Source of the DNA: a virus
Reading direction: 5' to 3' (one strand)
IMG/VR virus record: IMGVR_UViG_3300045988_129927
DNA: 64,000 nucleotides
Shown here: positions 34,502 through 43,875 of the stretch, in pieces
Numbering within the stretch: the first letter of the stretch is position 1
Layout: each line of letters opens with the position of its first letter
Notes under the pieces: model-generated
What the model saw: the letters and a program-made list of their open reading frames with translations, nothing else
Database searches by the model: none
What the model was told of the DNA's origin: nothing
Position numbers and translations under genes: made by a program

Positions 34502-36076
34502 TTAATCGTTTTTAGAAGGAGTCATCAGGTCAGCTTGTTTAGAGATAACATCCAACAAACCTTTAACTTCAAACAATACATAAGTAGAGAAAGAAGTACC
34601 TGGTTCACGCAGCAAACCAATTAAATCATTGATGTACAGAATAGAAACACGTGTAGCACGAATATTAGCCATGAAGCCACGACCTTCACGTGCTTTCTTA
34701 GAAATAGCAACGTATTTAGTACGCAATTTCCAAATCACGGTTTTCAGTTTACCAGCTACAGGTTTAGTAGCGTCGATAAGTTTCTTGATTTGTTGCATTT
34801 GACCCAACAGTTTTTCAATACCGGCAACAGCAGCTTGCAAGTCAGCACGTGATTGAACAGGGATTTGAACATCACCGCTTTTCTCTGCAACTTTATAGTT
34901 GGTGATACGAGAGTAGATACGGCCGCTGTGGCCTTTTTCACCAGCATCACCAGTACTAGTACCAACAACAGTCACACCTACTTTGTTGCGTGGCAGAGCA
35001 CGGGAAACAAAGCATTTCTCACTTTGTTTCAGTTTAACACCAGCACGTGCGGCTTCTTGAGAAGAAACAGGAGTACCACCAACGAATGGCAAGGTTTTCC
35101 AAACTTCTTCAGCTGAAGCACCAAGGGTACGGCGAACAACCATATCTGCACCGTTAACATGTTCGTCTTTAGAGGCACCAGATTTATAGCTGTTAGCTTC
35201 AGCGTATTTCAGACCACCGTCAACATCTTTTTCGATTTCTTCAACAGTTTGCAATGTAGCTTGACCAATTTTCTCACCAAAAGAACCGATTTTTTGTACA
35301 GTCCAGCGTTTAGCGATTTCGTCAGCTACAGCTTGCATAGCGGCTACACACTCGCTAGGAGTAGACAACTTACCATTGATGTAAAGAGACAGTGCGCCGC
35401 CGTGAGATTTATAAGATTTTTCTTTAGGGGCGGCAGTGGCTTTATCCAATTTTTCTTTAACTTTAGCAGCGTAAGATTTCATTTTTTCAAAGTTATTGAA
35501 AAGTTTAGAAACCAGTTGTGCGCCTTTATCCATAATCCAAGCGATACCTTTCAAGATACCATCCAAGATTTTCAAGAAGAAGTTCTTAACAGATTCAATG
35601 GCACCTTCGGTGTTCATTGATACACCACCTACAGTAGCGAAGGATTCAGTGCTATAGTCAAGAGCAGGTACGTGTTCAGCAGGAACACCAAGACGACCAG
35701 AGATGTAGTTAACATGTTCGTGAGCCAGTTCGCAGTGTACTTCAGTCAGACCACCGGTCATTTTAGCAGCAAACAAGTTAGCCAAGAAAGATTCAGTAGC
35801 TACAGCAGCTTCTTGAGCTTCTTCTACTTCTTCTTCTACGTCAGCTACTTCTTCAGCATCTTCTTGAGTATCCAGAAGTTCAGTGTTCAGTTCTTCAGAT
35901 TCAGTAACTGTTTCTTCACCAGCAGAGTTTTCAGTAGTTTCGATTACTTCTTCGCTAACACCTTCATCACCAACTACATCTTCGAAACCTTCAACAACAG
36001 TTTCAGTATTGGCTTCAGTAGCGTCCAGGTTAGTTACTTGTACTTGACCTGCAATAATTTTATCAAATAAAGACAT
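34502..36076 (-). CDS. MSLFD-family protein with hyper-acidic N-terminal region (524 aa), probable virion or internal protein
   Basis: Starts MSLFDKII. About 100 aa of Glu/Asp/Thr/Val-rich sequence follow. The STESFATVGG motif is shared with the ORF at 39243 (STESFSTLHG). Confidence 0.75.
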   Translation of the reverse strand: MSLFDKIIAGQVQVTNLDATEANTETVVEGFEDVVGDEGVSEEVIETTENSAGEETVTESEELNTELLDTQEDAEEVADVEEEVEEAQEAAVATESFLANLFAAKMTGGLTEVHCELAHEHVNYISGRLGVPAEHVPALDYSTESFATVGGVSMNTEGAIESVKNFFLKILDGILKGIAWIMDKGAQLVSKLFNNFEKMKSYAAKVKEKLDKATAAPKEKSYKSHGGALSLYINGKLSTPSECVAAMQAVADEIAKRWTVQKIGSFGEKIGQATLQTVEEIEKDVDGGLKYAEANSYKSGASKDEHVNGADMVVRRTLGASAEEVWKTLPFVGGTPVSSQEAARAGVKLKQSEKCFVSRALPRNKVGVTVVGTSTGDAGEKGHSGRIYSRITNYKVAEKSGDVQIPVQSRADLQAAVAGIEKLLGQMQQIKKLIDATKPVAGKLKTVIWKLRTKYVAISKKAREGRGFMANIRATRVSILYINDLIGLLREPGTSFSTYVLFEVKGLLDVISKQADLMTPSKND

Positions 36077-36268
36077 AATAAATCCTTTTTTAACTAGTAA
36101 AATAAATTTGTTTGGAATTTGTTTTACTCAGAATCTTTTAAAGTACTACTAACATAAAGTTAAAATACGTTTCGGTATAACGTACTTAATAGAAAATAAT
36201 ACTTTAGCTATTTACCATATATAAGTAGTATTTTACTAACACTATTGTTTTTATAAAAGGAAATTGAA

Positions 36269-36772
36269 ATGGAAATAAATGAACTAGATGAAAAACTCAT
36301 TCCTGATTATTTAATAGATGAAAATAGCTATTTAGAATCTACAATCGCGGATTTGAAGAGAGAACTTAAAGAAAATGATAAAAAGATAGAATCTATATTG
36401 AATCTTAAGACTATTCAGTGGAATGGTATTAAATCAATTAAGGCATCAGTAAATTATACTAAAGTAGCTAGATTAATTGCTGACAGTAGAGTATCTGAAC
36501 CTAACAGTATCTTCTATTTTTACAACTTTCATGGTGAAGTACTGTCTATGGTAGATGCCATTAAATGTTCTGAATTACCTGATTACAAAGATAATTTTGA
36601 ACTATACGAGTTAGTATGTGATAAGATTAAAACTATGCTTAATAATTCTAATGGAAGTGCTCTTTATTACATTAAAGGATTTATTTCAAATAAAGAATTT
36701 AATGTAGATACAAGTCACATAACGTTTATTGGGTCTTTACAAGATTTACTTCAAATAAAGATTGTAGATTAA
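36269..36772 (+). CDS. hypothetical protein, paralog A of plus-strand island (167 aa)
   Basis: ATAAAAGGAAATTGAA-ATG start region. N-terminal coiled coil. KIKTMLNNSNGSALYYI resembles RITTNLENNGSNSKIYYM of the next ORF. Confidence 0.7.
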   Translation: MEINELDEKLIPDYLIDENSYLESTIADLKRELKENDKKIESILNLKTIQWNGIKSIKASVNYTKVARLIADSRVSEPNSIFYFYNFHGEVLSMVDAIKCSELPDYKDNFELYELVCDKIKTMLNNSNGSALYYIKGFISNKEFNVDTSHITFIGSLQDLLQIKIVD

Positions 36773-36783
36773 GGATTAGGAAA

Positions 36784-37263
36784 ATGGAAACTAAAGATAA
36801 AATTAATGGTTTTTTAACTAAGATTCGTGATTTGGAAGAATCTATTAAAGATAAAACCAATGAATTAAATGAAGCAATTGTTGAATATCAAGATTATCTT
36901 ACTGAACTTTTTAAATCAAATAAGATAAGCCGTATTAATGCAGATTGGTTTGCTACTAATTTCTGTCGTTTTTCAGAAGAATATGGTGAATATATTACTG
37001 AGTATAATCACGATGACGTACTTACTTTCTTTATTGAACATAAAGACGGTAGGATTTCGCAATTGTTTGATTTTAAGATTTCTACCATGATAAAAGAAGA
37101 TGGTTATTGTAATTATAACTTTAAAGACTTCATGTTAAAACGTATTACTACTAATTTAGAAAATAATGGTAGTAATAGTAAAATTTATTATATGTCGGAT
37201 ATTGATGGTGATATTACCGAGATTGTTTTTAATGATAATCAGAGAAAATATTACGGTGTATAA
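36784..37263 (+). CDS. hypothetical protein, paralog B of plus-strand island (159 aa)
   Basis: TAAGGATTAGGAAA-ATG start region. Same architecture as the ORF at 36269. Confidence 0.7.
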   Translation: METKDKINGFLTKIRDLEESIKDKTNELNEAIVEYQDYLTELFKSNKISRINADWFATNFCRFSEEYGEYITEYNHDDVLTFFIEHKDGRISQLFDFKISTMIKEDGYCNYNFKDFMLKRITTNLENNGSNSKIYYMSDIDGDITEIVFNDNQRKYYGV

Positions 37264-37314
37264 CGATACATTAACTTATATTGAAAAATCAATTAAACTT
37301 AAGGAAAATTAAAA

Positions 37315-37890
37315 ATGGCAGGATTAGAATTATCTAATACCATTATTAAGCACAGCGTTGCTAAAACATACTCTCTTTATCTTTCTGGTGGTATTTACGA
37401 TGATACTCAGAAAGAATTCTTAAATGACTTACGTATTGTTACAGAACATCCTGTCAATACGACACTTAAGCTCTTTATTAATTCTCCTGGTGGTTATGTG
37501 CACATCATGAATGAAATCATTTACTATATCCAAGAGTATAGTAAAAAAGGTGGATGTCTGGAATTGTATATTACTGGTCAAGCTTGTTCAGCAGCTATTG
37601 TTATCTTTACACAATTGTTACCATTGGCTTGTAAGTACGATGTTAACCCAGATTCTACCATCATGATTCACACTGCATTCTCTGGTATGTTTGGTAAAGC
37701 CAGTGACATTAAAGATTATGCTAGTCATTTGGATAAATCTGAAATGATTAAATGTTTTAAAAATATCTTACCTAAAAAGCTTTATGAGAAAGCAGCAAAA
37801 CGAGATAAAGATGTTTGGCTGACTGGTAAGAAGTTTATGTCTTACTTGAAGAAGGCTACTGAAAAAGGTCATTTACCTAAATTAGATTAA
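37315..37890 (+). CDS. ClpP-like (S14-type) serine protease (191 aa)
   Basis: LFINSPGGYV matches INSPGG. ITGQACSAAIV matches GQAASMG, which holds the catalytic Ser. IMIHTAFSG matches VMIHQPLGG, which holds the catalytic His. KRDKDVWLTG matches ERDRFLSA, which holds the Asp. Confidence 0.7.
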   Translation: MAGLELSNTIIKHSVAKTYSLYLSGGIYDDTQKEFLNDLRIVTEHPVNTTLKLFINSPGGYVHIMNEIIYYIQEYSKKGGCLELYITGQACSAAIVIFTQLLPLACKYDVNPDSTIMIHTAFSGMFGKASDIKDYASHLDKSEMIKCFKNILPKKLYEKAAKRDKDVWLTGKKFMSYLKKATEKGHLPKLD

Positions 37891-37912
37891 AAAATAAATT
37901 AAAGTACTGTTT

Positions 37913-37944
37913 ATTAGAGAGACAGTAAATACTGTCTCTCTAAT
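37913..37944. terminator. bidirectional terminator between convergent genes
   Basis: 14-bp perfect stem (attagagagacagt / actgtctctctaat) and a 4-nt loop. Confidence 0.65.
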
Positions 37945-38047
37945 AGATTTACTATGTGTTTTAAAATAAAAAAATAAGATAGTTTAAATAAGTAAAGGTA
38001 GCACTGCCACTGCCGCCTTTACTTGTATCTATCTTATTTGCTGGTGA

Positions 38048-38434
38048 TTAATCTACATTAATCCCTTGTGCCAGCTCTTTCCATTGGTCAAGAGTGAAGT
38101 TTTCCTCTACTTCCTTCGACATTTCTTCCAATGAGTTGATGCGTTCTGCATCACCCATGAAGAAGCAGTGGAAAGATTTGCCGTTTTTGCGACATCCTAC
38201 GATATCGCCATTATCGGCGATATGTCGAACTTCGGCAACTTCTGACTCGAGAGCTGCACCCAACATCACATCCCACTCTTCCTCCAGTTCCATTTCTGGA
38301 GAAAGAGGTAATGGGTTGGATACAAACAGTTCCCATTTGTCTTCCCACACATCACACCCCAGTGAAGGCATGGCTGCTACCAACCATTTTTGGAAGACCT
38401 CTTGGGTTACCTTAATTTGTTTGATTGTCTTCAT
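38048..38434 (-). CDS. hypothetical protein, GC-richer paralog 1 (128 aa)
   Basis: VTQEVFQKWLVAA and FHCFFMGDAERINSLEEM resemble VSKEVFEKWVEVA and HIAFFSGRRSRIRDFIEM of the ORF at 38525. Confidence 0.65.
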   Translation of the reverse strand: MKTIKQIKVTQEVFQKWLVAAMPSLGCDVWEDKWELFVSNPLPLSPEMELEEEWDVMLGAALESEVAEVRHIADNGDIVGCRKNGKSFHCFFMGDAERINSLEEMSKEVEENFTLDQWKELAQGINVD

Positions 38435-38524
38435 TCTCTTTCCTTTCGTTTTGTTTGGTAAATAGAATTAAGTAAGCTAGAGAGATAGTGGTAGTATCTC
38501 TCTAGACCCTGTACTTAAATAATC

Positions 38525-39082
38525 CTATTTTGCTTTAATTCCTTTTAAAATAGAGAACGGGTTATTCTCTTTTGCGAACTTGCGGTCACTACGACGACGA
38601 CTCTCTTCAGAGCGGATTTTAGCTGCTTCTTTTTCCGCTGCACGACGTTCTTCGTATTCGTCTTTTATTTCCCACCAGTGCATGTCTGATGGAGCAGCTG
38701 ACTCGTGAACTGTGATGTCAGCACTTTCCTTCTTAAATGCTGGATCAGAGTCCTTCATCATTTCGATGAAGTCACGAATACGGCTCCGGCGACCTGAGAA
38801 GAAAGCAATATGTTCACCATCATGGTCAATCATGCCCCATGCGTTGCCGCCGCATGTAACATATTGGGCTACAGTATCCGATGTAGTCCAACCGCATTTA
38901 ACTTCGTCGTTATCGGCGTTGTAAAACTTAGTTACGCGCTTAACGATTGGTGGGAAGATGTTACCGTCAATTGTTCTACGACCATGCGGTGTGTCGTAGA
39001 AGTTGTCTGCTTCACGGGTTTCTTTTGCTACTTCAACCCATTTTTCAAATACTTCTTTAGATACATTTAATGTCAAAAACAT
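38525..39082 (-). CDS. hypothetical protein, GC-richer paralog 2 (185 aa)
   Basis: Preceded by the 64-bp leader that is identical to the one at 54943-55006. C-terminal charged helix (RRAAEKEAAKIRSEESRRRSDRK). Confidence 0.7.
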   Translation of the reverse strand: MFLTLNVSKEVFEKWVEVAKETREADNFYDTPHGRRTIDGNIFPPIVKRVTKFYNADNDEVKCGWTTSDTVAQYVTCGGNAWGMIDHDGEHIAFFSGRRSRIRDFIEMMKDSDPAFKKESADITVHESAAPSDMHWWEIKDEYEERRAAEKEAAKIRSEESRRRSDRKFAKENNPFSILKGIKAK

Positions 39083-39143
39083 AGTAAACTCCTTAAGTTT
39101 GTTGTTGAAAGAATTAAATTGGAAAGATTCCTCTCTCTTTCCA
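39080..39143 (-). repeat. 64-bp leader repeat, copy 1 (hairpin, leader, SD and ATG)
   Basis: Plus strand reads catagtaaactccttaagtttgttgttgaaagaattaaattggaaagattcctctctctttcca, identical to 54943-55006. Confidence 0.9.
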
Positions 39144-39166
39144 CTATAGTAGTATATGTTTGAAAA
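39144..39166 (-). promoter_or_regulatory. promoter-like motif, same class
   Basis: Minus strand reads ttttcaaacatatactactatag. The 64-bp shared leader follows. Confidence 0.5.
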
Positions 39167-39242
39167 AATCTAGAATACATTAAAACATAGTAATAAATAG
39201 ACACTATACGGATATCCGTATAGTGTCTAAATATATTAGTTA

Positions 39243-40796
39243 TTAGTGTTTATTGGATTTACCAATAGATGCATAACCATAACTCAACAAAGCATTAGCT
39301 GTTGATTTAATAACAGTATATAATTCTCGATAAGTACCAATAAAGAATAAAGTTACTTTATTCTCAAATGAGTTGGTATACTTTTTCAAGAACAAACCGT
39401 TAATAAGAGTATGTTCAATACCATGGATACCACCACGTACAAAACCACCCATTTCTTGAACACTATTTCGAGCAATATTATGTTTTGCACCATCAGACGC
39501 GACATGATTAATTAGGTTTGAGAGTGTGTTAATACCTTTACCAACAGACATACCTAAAATACCAGCTGGACCTAATAAGATAAAAACAATCGCTGGAATG
39601 GCTACACTACCTGCCAAAGCTTCCCAGTCATCACTGTTCCAATCAGTATCATCACGTTGATGGTTTTTCAATGCCATGTTCATTTTAACCAATTGCTCAA
39701 TACGTTTTTTCATATTGGTAGTCATTGTGTTAAATTGAGAAGCATTTGGTAAATCATTTAAACAGTTCAAGAAAGTATTTAAACTTTTCAATAACTGTTG
39801 TTTACCAATATAAGGTAATTGTCTATCAGCTGAACTTTTAGTAGCTGCATTACCTGAAATTTCCATGCGTGTTTTATTAGCATCAGCATAAGGGGAGCTA
39901 GGAATCAATGAATCGCTACCTTTAGGCATTGGAACAACCATAGAATTCAAATCAGAAATTTCCCATTCGTAATTATTGAACTTACGATCACCACGAGATA
40001 CTTCTTTAAAAGGACGACCTAATCTAAAGAAGTTTTTTCTTTCCATAGCGTTAGCAGCATTTTTACCATCACTCCAATTCATTGTGTTGAAGAACTGGCA
40101 AGACTTTTGAAGTTCAGAAAAATAATCTTCCATGAACTGGCCATTACCAAATTGGTTCTTAACACCTTCTGCTACATTGGCTACTACTTTATCTAGTGCT
40201 AATTTACCACCAATAGTCAAAGCAGAACCATTCTTAACAACTAGGCTACCAGTACCACTGAATTCGCCGTGTTGTTCAATCTCATTAATCAATGTACTAA
40301 TATCGTCTTTAATACGTTCAATACGATTAAACTCACGACCAAAGAATTCTTTAGTATTACGCCAGAAACGGGCAAAGAAATGGTTGGCTTCTGTGGATAA
40401 ACCAAGGATACGGCCATCTAATTCTTCTAGTGCTAATGTAATGGCATTACGTGAACCATGTAGTGTAGAGAAAGACTCTGTAGAAATATGTACAGGGAAT
40501 TCTTCTTTCAAACCGTTTGTCTGGTATGCTAATGTAACACGTTCAGAAAGAACTTTATTCAATTCACGCATACCTTCAATACCATACTCTGTTTCATTTC
40601 GTTTCATGTTCATGTAAGATACACGAGCAGATTCTAATGAATCAATGGTATTTAACACACGAGACAAATGTTCAATCTGTTCACCTTCGGCACCGGCTGC
40701 TTCTGGATGTACTTCTTCTGGTTCTTCATATTCGCCTTCTACACCAGAGGTTACCATGCTTTTATCTTCTTCCAAAGACAAATCAAATAAACTCAT
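39243..40796 (-). CDS. MSLFD-family protein with C-terminal TM segment (517 aa)
   Basis: Starts MSLFDLSLEEDK, followed by an acidic region. Carries the STESFSTLHG motif and the hydrophobic segment ALAGSVAIPAIVFILLGPAGILGMSVG. Confidence 0.75.
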   Translation of the reverse strand: MSLFDLSLEEDKSMVTSGVEGEYEEPEEVHPEAAGAEGEQIEHLSRVLNTIDSLESARVSYMNMKRNETEYGIEGMRELNKVLSERVTLAYQTNGLKEEFPVHISTESFSTLHGSRNAITLALEELDGRILGLSTEANHFFARFWRNTKEFFGREFNRIERIKDDISTLINEIEQHGEFSGTGSLVVKNGSALTIGGKLALDKVVANVAEGVKNQFGNGQFMEDYFSELQKSCQFFNTMNWSDGKNAANAMERKNFFRLGRPFKEVSRGDRKFNNYEWEISDLNSMVVPMPKGSDSLIPSSPYADANKTRMEISGNAATKSSADRQLPYIGKQQLLKSLNTFLNCLNDLPNASQFNTMTTNMKKRIEQLVKMNMALKNHQRDDTDWNSDDWEALAGSVAIPAIVFILLGPAGILGMSVGKGINTLSNLINHVASDGAKHNIARNSVQEMGGFVRGGIHGIEHTLINGLFLKKYTNSFENKVTLFFIGTYRELYTVIKSTANALLSYGYASIGKSNKH

Positions 40797-40864
40797 CTTA
40801 TATTCCTTTTAACTTCATTTCTTAACAACTAGGCGAGTACCTAGCAACATGTAATCGTTTTCCA

Positions 40865-41641
40865 TTACTCTCTACCTTTACTTAATAGTAAATTATAAGG
40901 GCCAGAACCCACGATGGTTCGAGTACCATACAGTACTTTCAACAATTCTACCAAATAACCAATACCACCAAACCCGATACAATGACGAATCAGATTAGCA
41001 GTATTGATTTTATTCGGCTCACCAAATACAACGTCATCAAAGTTACCGTGTAGTTCTGGAACATATTTAATAATAGAACCCAGTTCAAAATGAGTAATTT
41101 GATGTTCAGTGTAGAAATCATCTTGACGACGAGAGTGTTGTTTCAATGTATATCTTGGTTTGTCTTTAGGTTGACGAACAATACCGATTTCTTTTAGTGC
41201 ATCAGCAAATGCCATAAATTCATTATAACCTAATTTTCCAGTAGAAGCATAACCTGATAATAAAGTATACCAGTCACTACTTAGTAGATTATAAGTAAGA
41301 TTATAAACAGTCTCACGGTTTTTCAGTGCTTCTAAAGAACTACCTTTAAACCAGTCTGGATGTCGAGTATAAGTTTGATAAACCATATCGACATCACCAA
41401 TACCATTTAAAAATACAATACCAGGTCCTTTACCATTACAAACAGTATTAGGTTGGTTATAACCATTGTATTTCTTAGTATCTTGCTCAATCTCGTAAAG
41501 AGCGTTATAAACCAAACCATAAGTGGAATGAATATTATCTACTGGGAAACAACGGATATTATCATCTTGATAAGTATCTCTTCTATCTAATGGTTTCTGT
41601 TTACGTGGAATATAAATGATTTTCTTTTCTTGAATATGCAT
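40865..41641 (-). CDS. hypothetical protein (258 aa)
   Basis: ORF with GAAAGGAATAACAA RBS. No motif recognised. Confidence 0.7.
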   Translation of the reverse strand: MHIQEKKIIYIPRKQKPLDRRDTYQDDNIRCFPVDNIHSTYGLVYNALYEIEQDTKKYNGYNQPNTVCNGKGPGIVFLNGIGDVDMVYQTYTRHPDWFKGSSLEALKNRETVYNLTYNLLSSDWYTLLSGYASTGKLGYNEFMAFADALKEIGIVRQPKDKPRYTLKQHSRRQDDFYTEHQITHFELGSIIKYVPELHGNFDDVVFGEPNKINTANLIRHCIGFGGIGYLVELLKVLYGTRTIVGSGPYNLLLSKGRE

Positions 41642-41655
41642 TTGTTATTCCTTTC

Positions 41656-42570
41656 TTAGTACTTGGTATTTCGTGCTTTTTCTTCGTATTTAGAAATTTG
41701 ATACTCTAACTTCTGCATACGCTCAATAGCCAAGTCACGTTGGCGTTCAGTATAAGCATCTACTTGACCATTAGCCAATTGGCTATTCATGGCTTCTAAT
41801 TCAATCTTAATAGATTCTACTTCTTCTTTAGCCAGTTTATATTTGTTATGCTGATAATCAACAATGGCCATACCAATATAATAGAATGGATTAGTAGAAG
41901 CAGATAAGAAGTTATTCAAAGTACCAGATGGGTCTAACTTATGTTGTTTAAACATTTTTGTTTCAGCACCATCTTCGCTGATGACGACATCAGGAATCTC
42001 TTTTAACATCTTCTCAATTTCACCAATATTGATACTGGCTAGAGAAATCAGTGCTTTGTAGAATTCTACAGTGTTTTCTTTAATGTAGTTGATTTGACCA
42101 CGTGAGATGACTTTTTCAGCTTTTAAACCACCTGCTAATTCATTTTGTTTAACGATGACATAGCGGCAGTGTTTAGGAATGAACTCACCGACAAAATCAA
42201 TAGTCTTACCTAAAGCCATGATTTGTCCACGAGCATAAGTCATGGAGTCTTTATCTACAGTTTTAGTAAAGTATTTTGTTACTAAACCAATCAACTCATC
42301 CAAGTGTTTATCACAGTTATTCAGGATTAAACCATAGGCTTGAAACAAATCTAACTTAGCCGTACCACGTGGGTAGTTACGATGAATCGCTGCTAATGTA
42401 GATTTATATTCCATGTTTTTACTGAAGTCTACATTTTGAGTATCTTGGATACAGCTTTGTACCACTTCAAGAGCACCATCACGAATACGATTACGTGTAT
42501 CGATTAGCGTATCTGAAATATCATCAGATTTAAAGGTATTCATTAAACTACTTAAAATATTACCAAACAT
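41656..42570 (-). CDS. hypothetical protein (304 aa)
   Basis: ORF with AAAAGGATATTTAAC RBS and a C-terminal coiled coil. Confidence 0.7.
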   Translation of the reverse strand: MFGNILSSLMNTFKSDDISDTLIDTRNRIRDGALEVVQSCIQDTQNVDFSKNMEYKSTLAAIHRNYPRGTAKLDLFQAYGLILNNCDKHLDELIGLVTKYFTKTVDKDSMTYARGQIMALGKTIDFVGEFIPKHCRYVIVKQNELAGGLKAEKVISRGQINYIKENTVEFYKALISLASINIGEIEKMLKEIPDVVISEDGAETKMFKQHKLDPSGTLNNFLSASTNPFYYIGMAIVDYQHNKYKLAKEEVESIKIELEAMNSQLANGQVDAYTERQRDLAIERMQKLEYQISKYEEKARNTKY

Positions 42571-42584
42571 GTTAAATATCCTTT

Positions 42585-43838
42585 TTAAATAATAGGTGCA
42601 GAACCTTGAGAGAGCATTTTGAATACATCCATGTCAAATGAATCAGACTTAGTTTTCTTCTCAAGATAGTTCATAGAAATTTCAGATACATCGTCAATAC
42701 CGTGATTGTAAATGAAAATACGTTGGTAGTCTTGGTTATAGACAATCAGAGTCATGATACCTGATTCTTCGAAGAATTTATCACGAGCACGTTTGTTATC
42801 CAGTTTAGCACCAATAGTCGCTTGAATACGTGTGCGTGTCGCATCGGAAATAATCCAAGTATTCGCAACAGTACCTACAGAGAACTCACCTGTTAACATG
42901 GCAGCAGTTTTATTATTCACATTACGATTATGTGTTTTCTCGTAATAACCAGTGGTATCCTCTACTAGGTTACGACGGTGTGCTTCAACCAGGTCACGAC
43001 AAACAAATAAGTCAAAAGCAGAGTTAATGGTACCGCGATCAAAGTAAGCAATTAAGCGCTCACGCATGGATTTAGGTTTCTTAGTAATACCAGCAATCTC
43101 AACCAACATGTTAGAACGAATAGATTTCAATTCTGGTTTTAACAAGATGTTTACTTTGGCTTTAGCTTGCTCACGAGATACATCTACGGTGAGAATACGA
43201 CCAGCCGCTAGGTTAGCCAGTTTATTAATCTCATCAGTTACATCGTTGTTAGCGGAAGTAACTGCAGTTTCACGATAGTTAAATACATCTTCTGCAATAT
43301 CTTCTGCTTCGGCTTCTGGATTTACAGTGTAGTAAGTAGCTTCGGTAGATACCTCTAATTTAGCTAAGTATTTACTAGGTAAGTCTGGGATTCTGGCTGG
43401 TACACTAATTTTATTACTTAATGTAGATAATGTAGTGTTACCACTTACGATGACCGGTTTATATGAAGATGTGGAGACAGTAGCTACTGTTTGACCCATT
43501 AAACGAATAGCCTCACCTGTCGCATCGCGTGTAGGTGAGTATTTACCCAATGCTTTACCAATACTTACGCCATTGATAGTATTATCAATGGACAAAGCAA
43601 CAATATAATAACCGGCATAGTTTGCTAAACCTGTCTGAATTAATGTAGACATATTCGAGTCATTAAGTAACTCTGTCTCAATAGCAAACGTAGGTCGTAA
43701 TTGTAATTCTGTGGTGTATTGTGATAATGATTTTGAAGTAACACTGTTATAGTCAGATGCAATCATTTTAGCAGCATTAGCTTTAAGCTGGTTACCGATT
43801 GCGCCAACTGCAGTCATACCCATATTTGCAATATCCAT
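42585..43838 (-). CDS. hypothetical protein (417 aa, start revised)
   Basis: ATG at 43838 (MDIANMGMTAVGAIG...) follows AAAAAGGAATTCGTT. The track extension to 44093 overlaps the divergent plus-strand gene and has no RBS. Confidence 0.7.
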   Translation of the reverse strand: MDIANMGMTAVGAIGNQLKANAAKMIASDYNSVTSKSLSQYTTELQLRPTFAIETELLNDSNMSTLIQTGLANYAGYYIVALSIDNTINGVSIGKALGKYSPTRDATGEAIRLMGQTVATVSTSSYKPVIVSGNTTLSTLSNKISVPARIPDLPSKYLAKLEVSTEATYYTVNPEAEAEDIAEDVFNYRETAVTSANNDVTDEINKLANLAAGRILTVDVSREQAKAKVNILLKPELKSIRSNMLVEIAGITKKPKSMRERLIAYFDRGTINSAFDLFVCRDLVEAHRRNLVEDTTGYYEKTHNRNVNNKTAAMLTGEFSVGTVANTWIISDATRTRIQATIGAKLDNKRARDKFFEESGIMTLIVYNQDYQRIFIYNHGIDDVSEISMNYLEKKTKSDSFDMDVFKMLSQGSAPII

Positions 43839-43875
43839 AACGAATTCCTTTTTAGATAGAAAGGTTAAAAATAAA

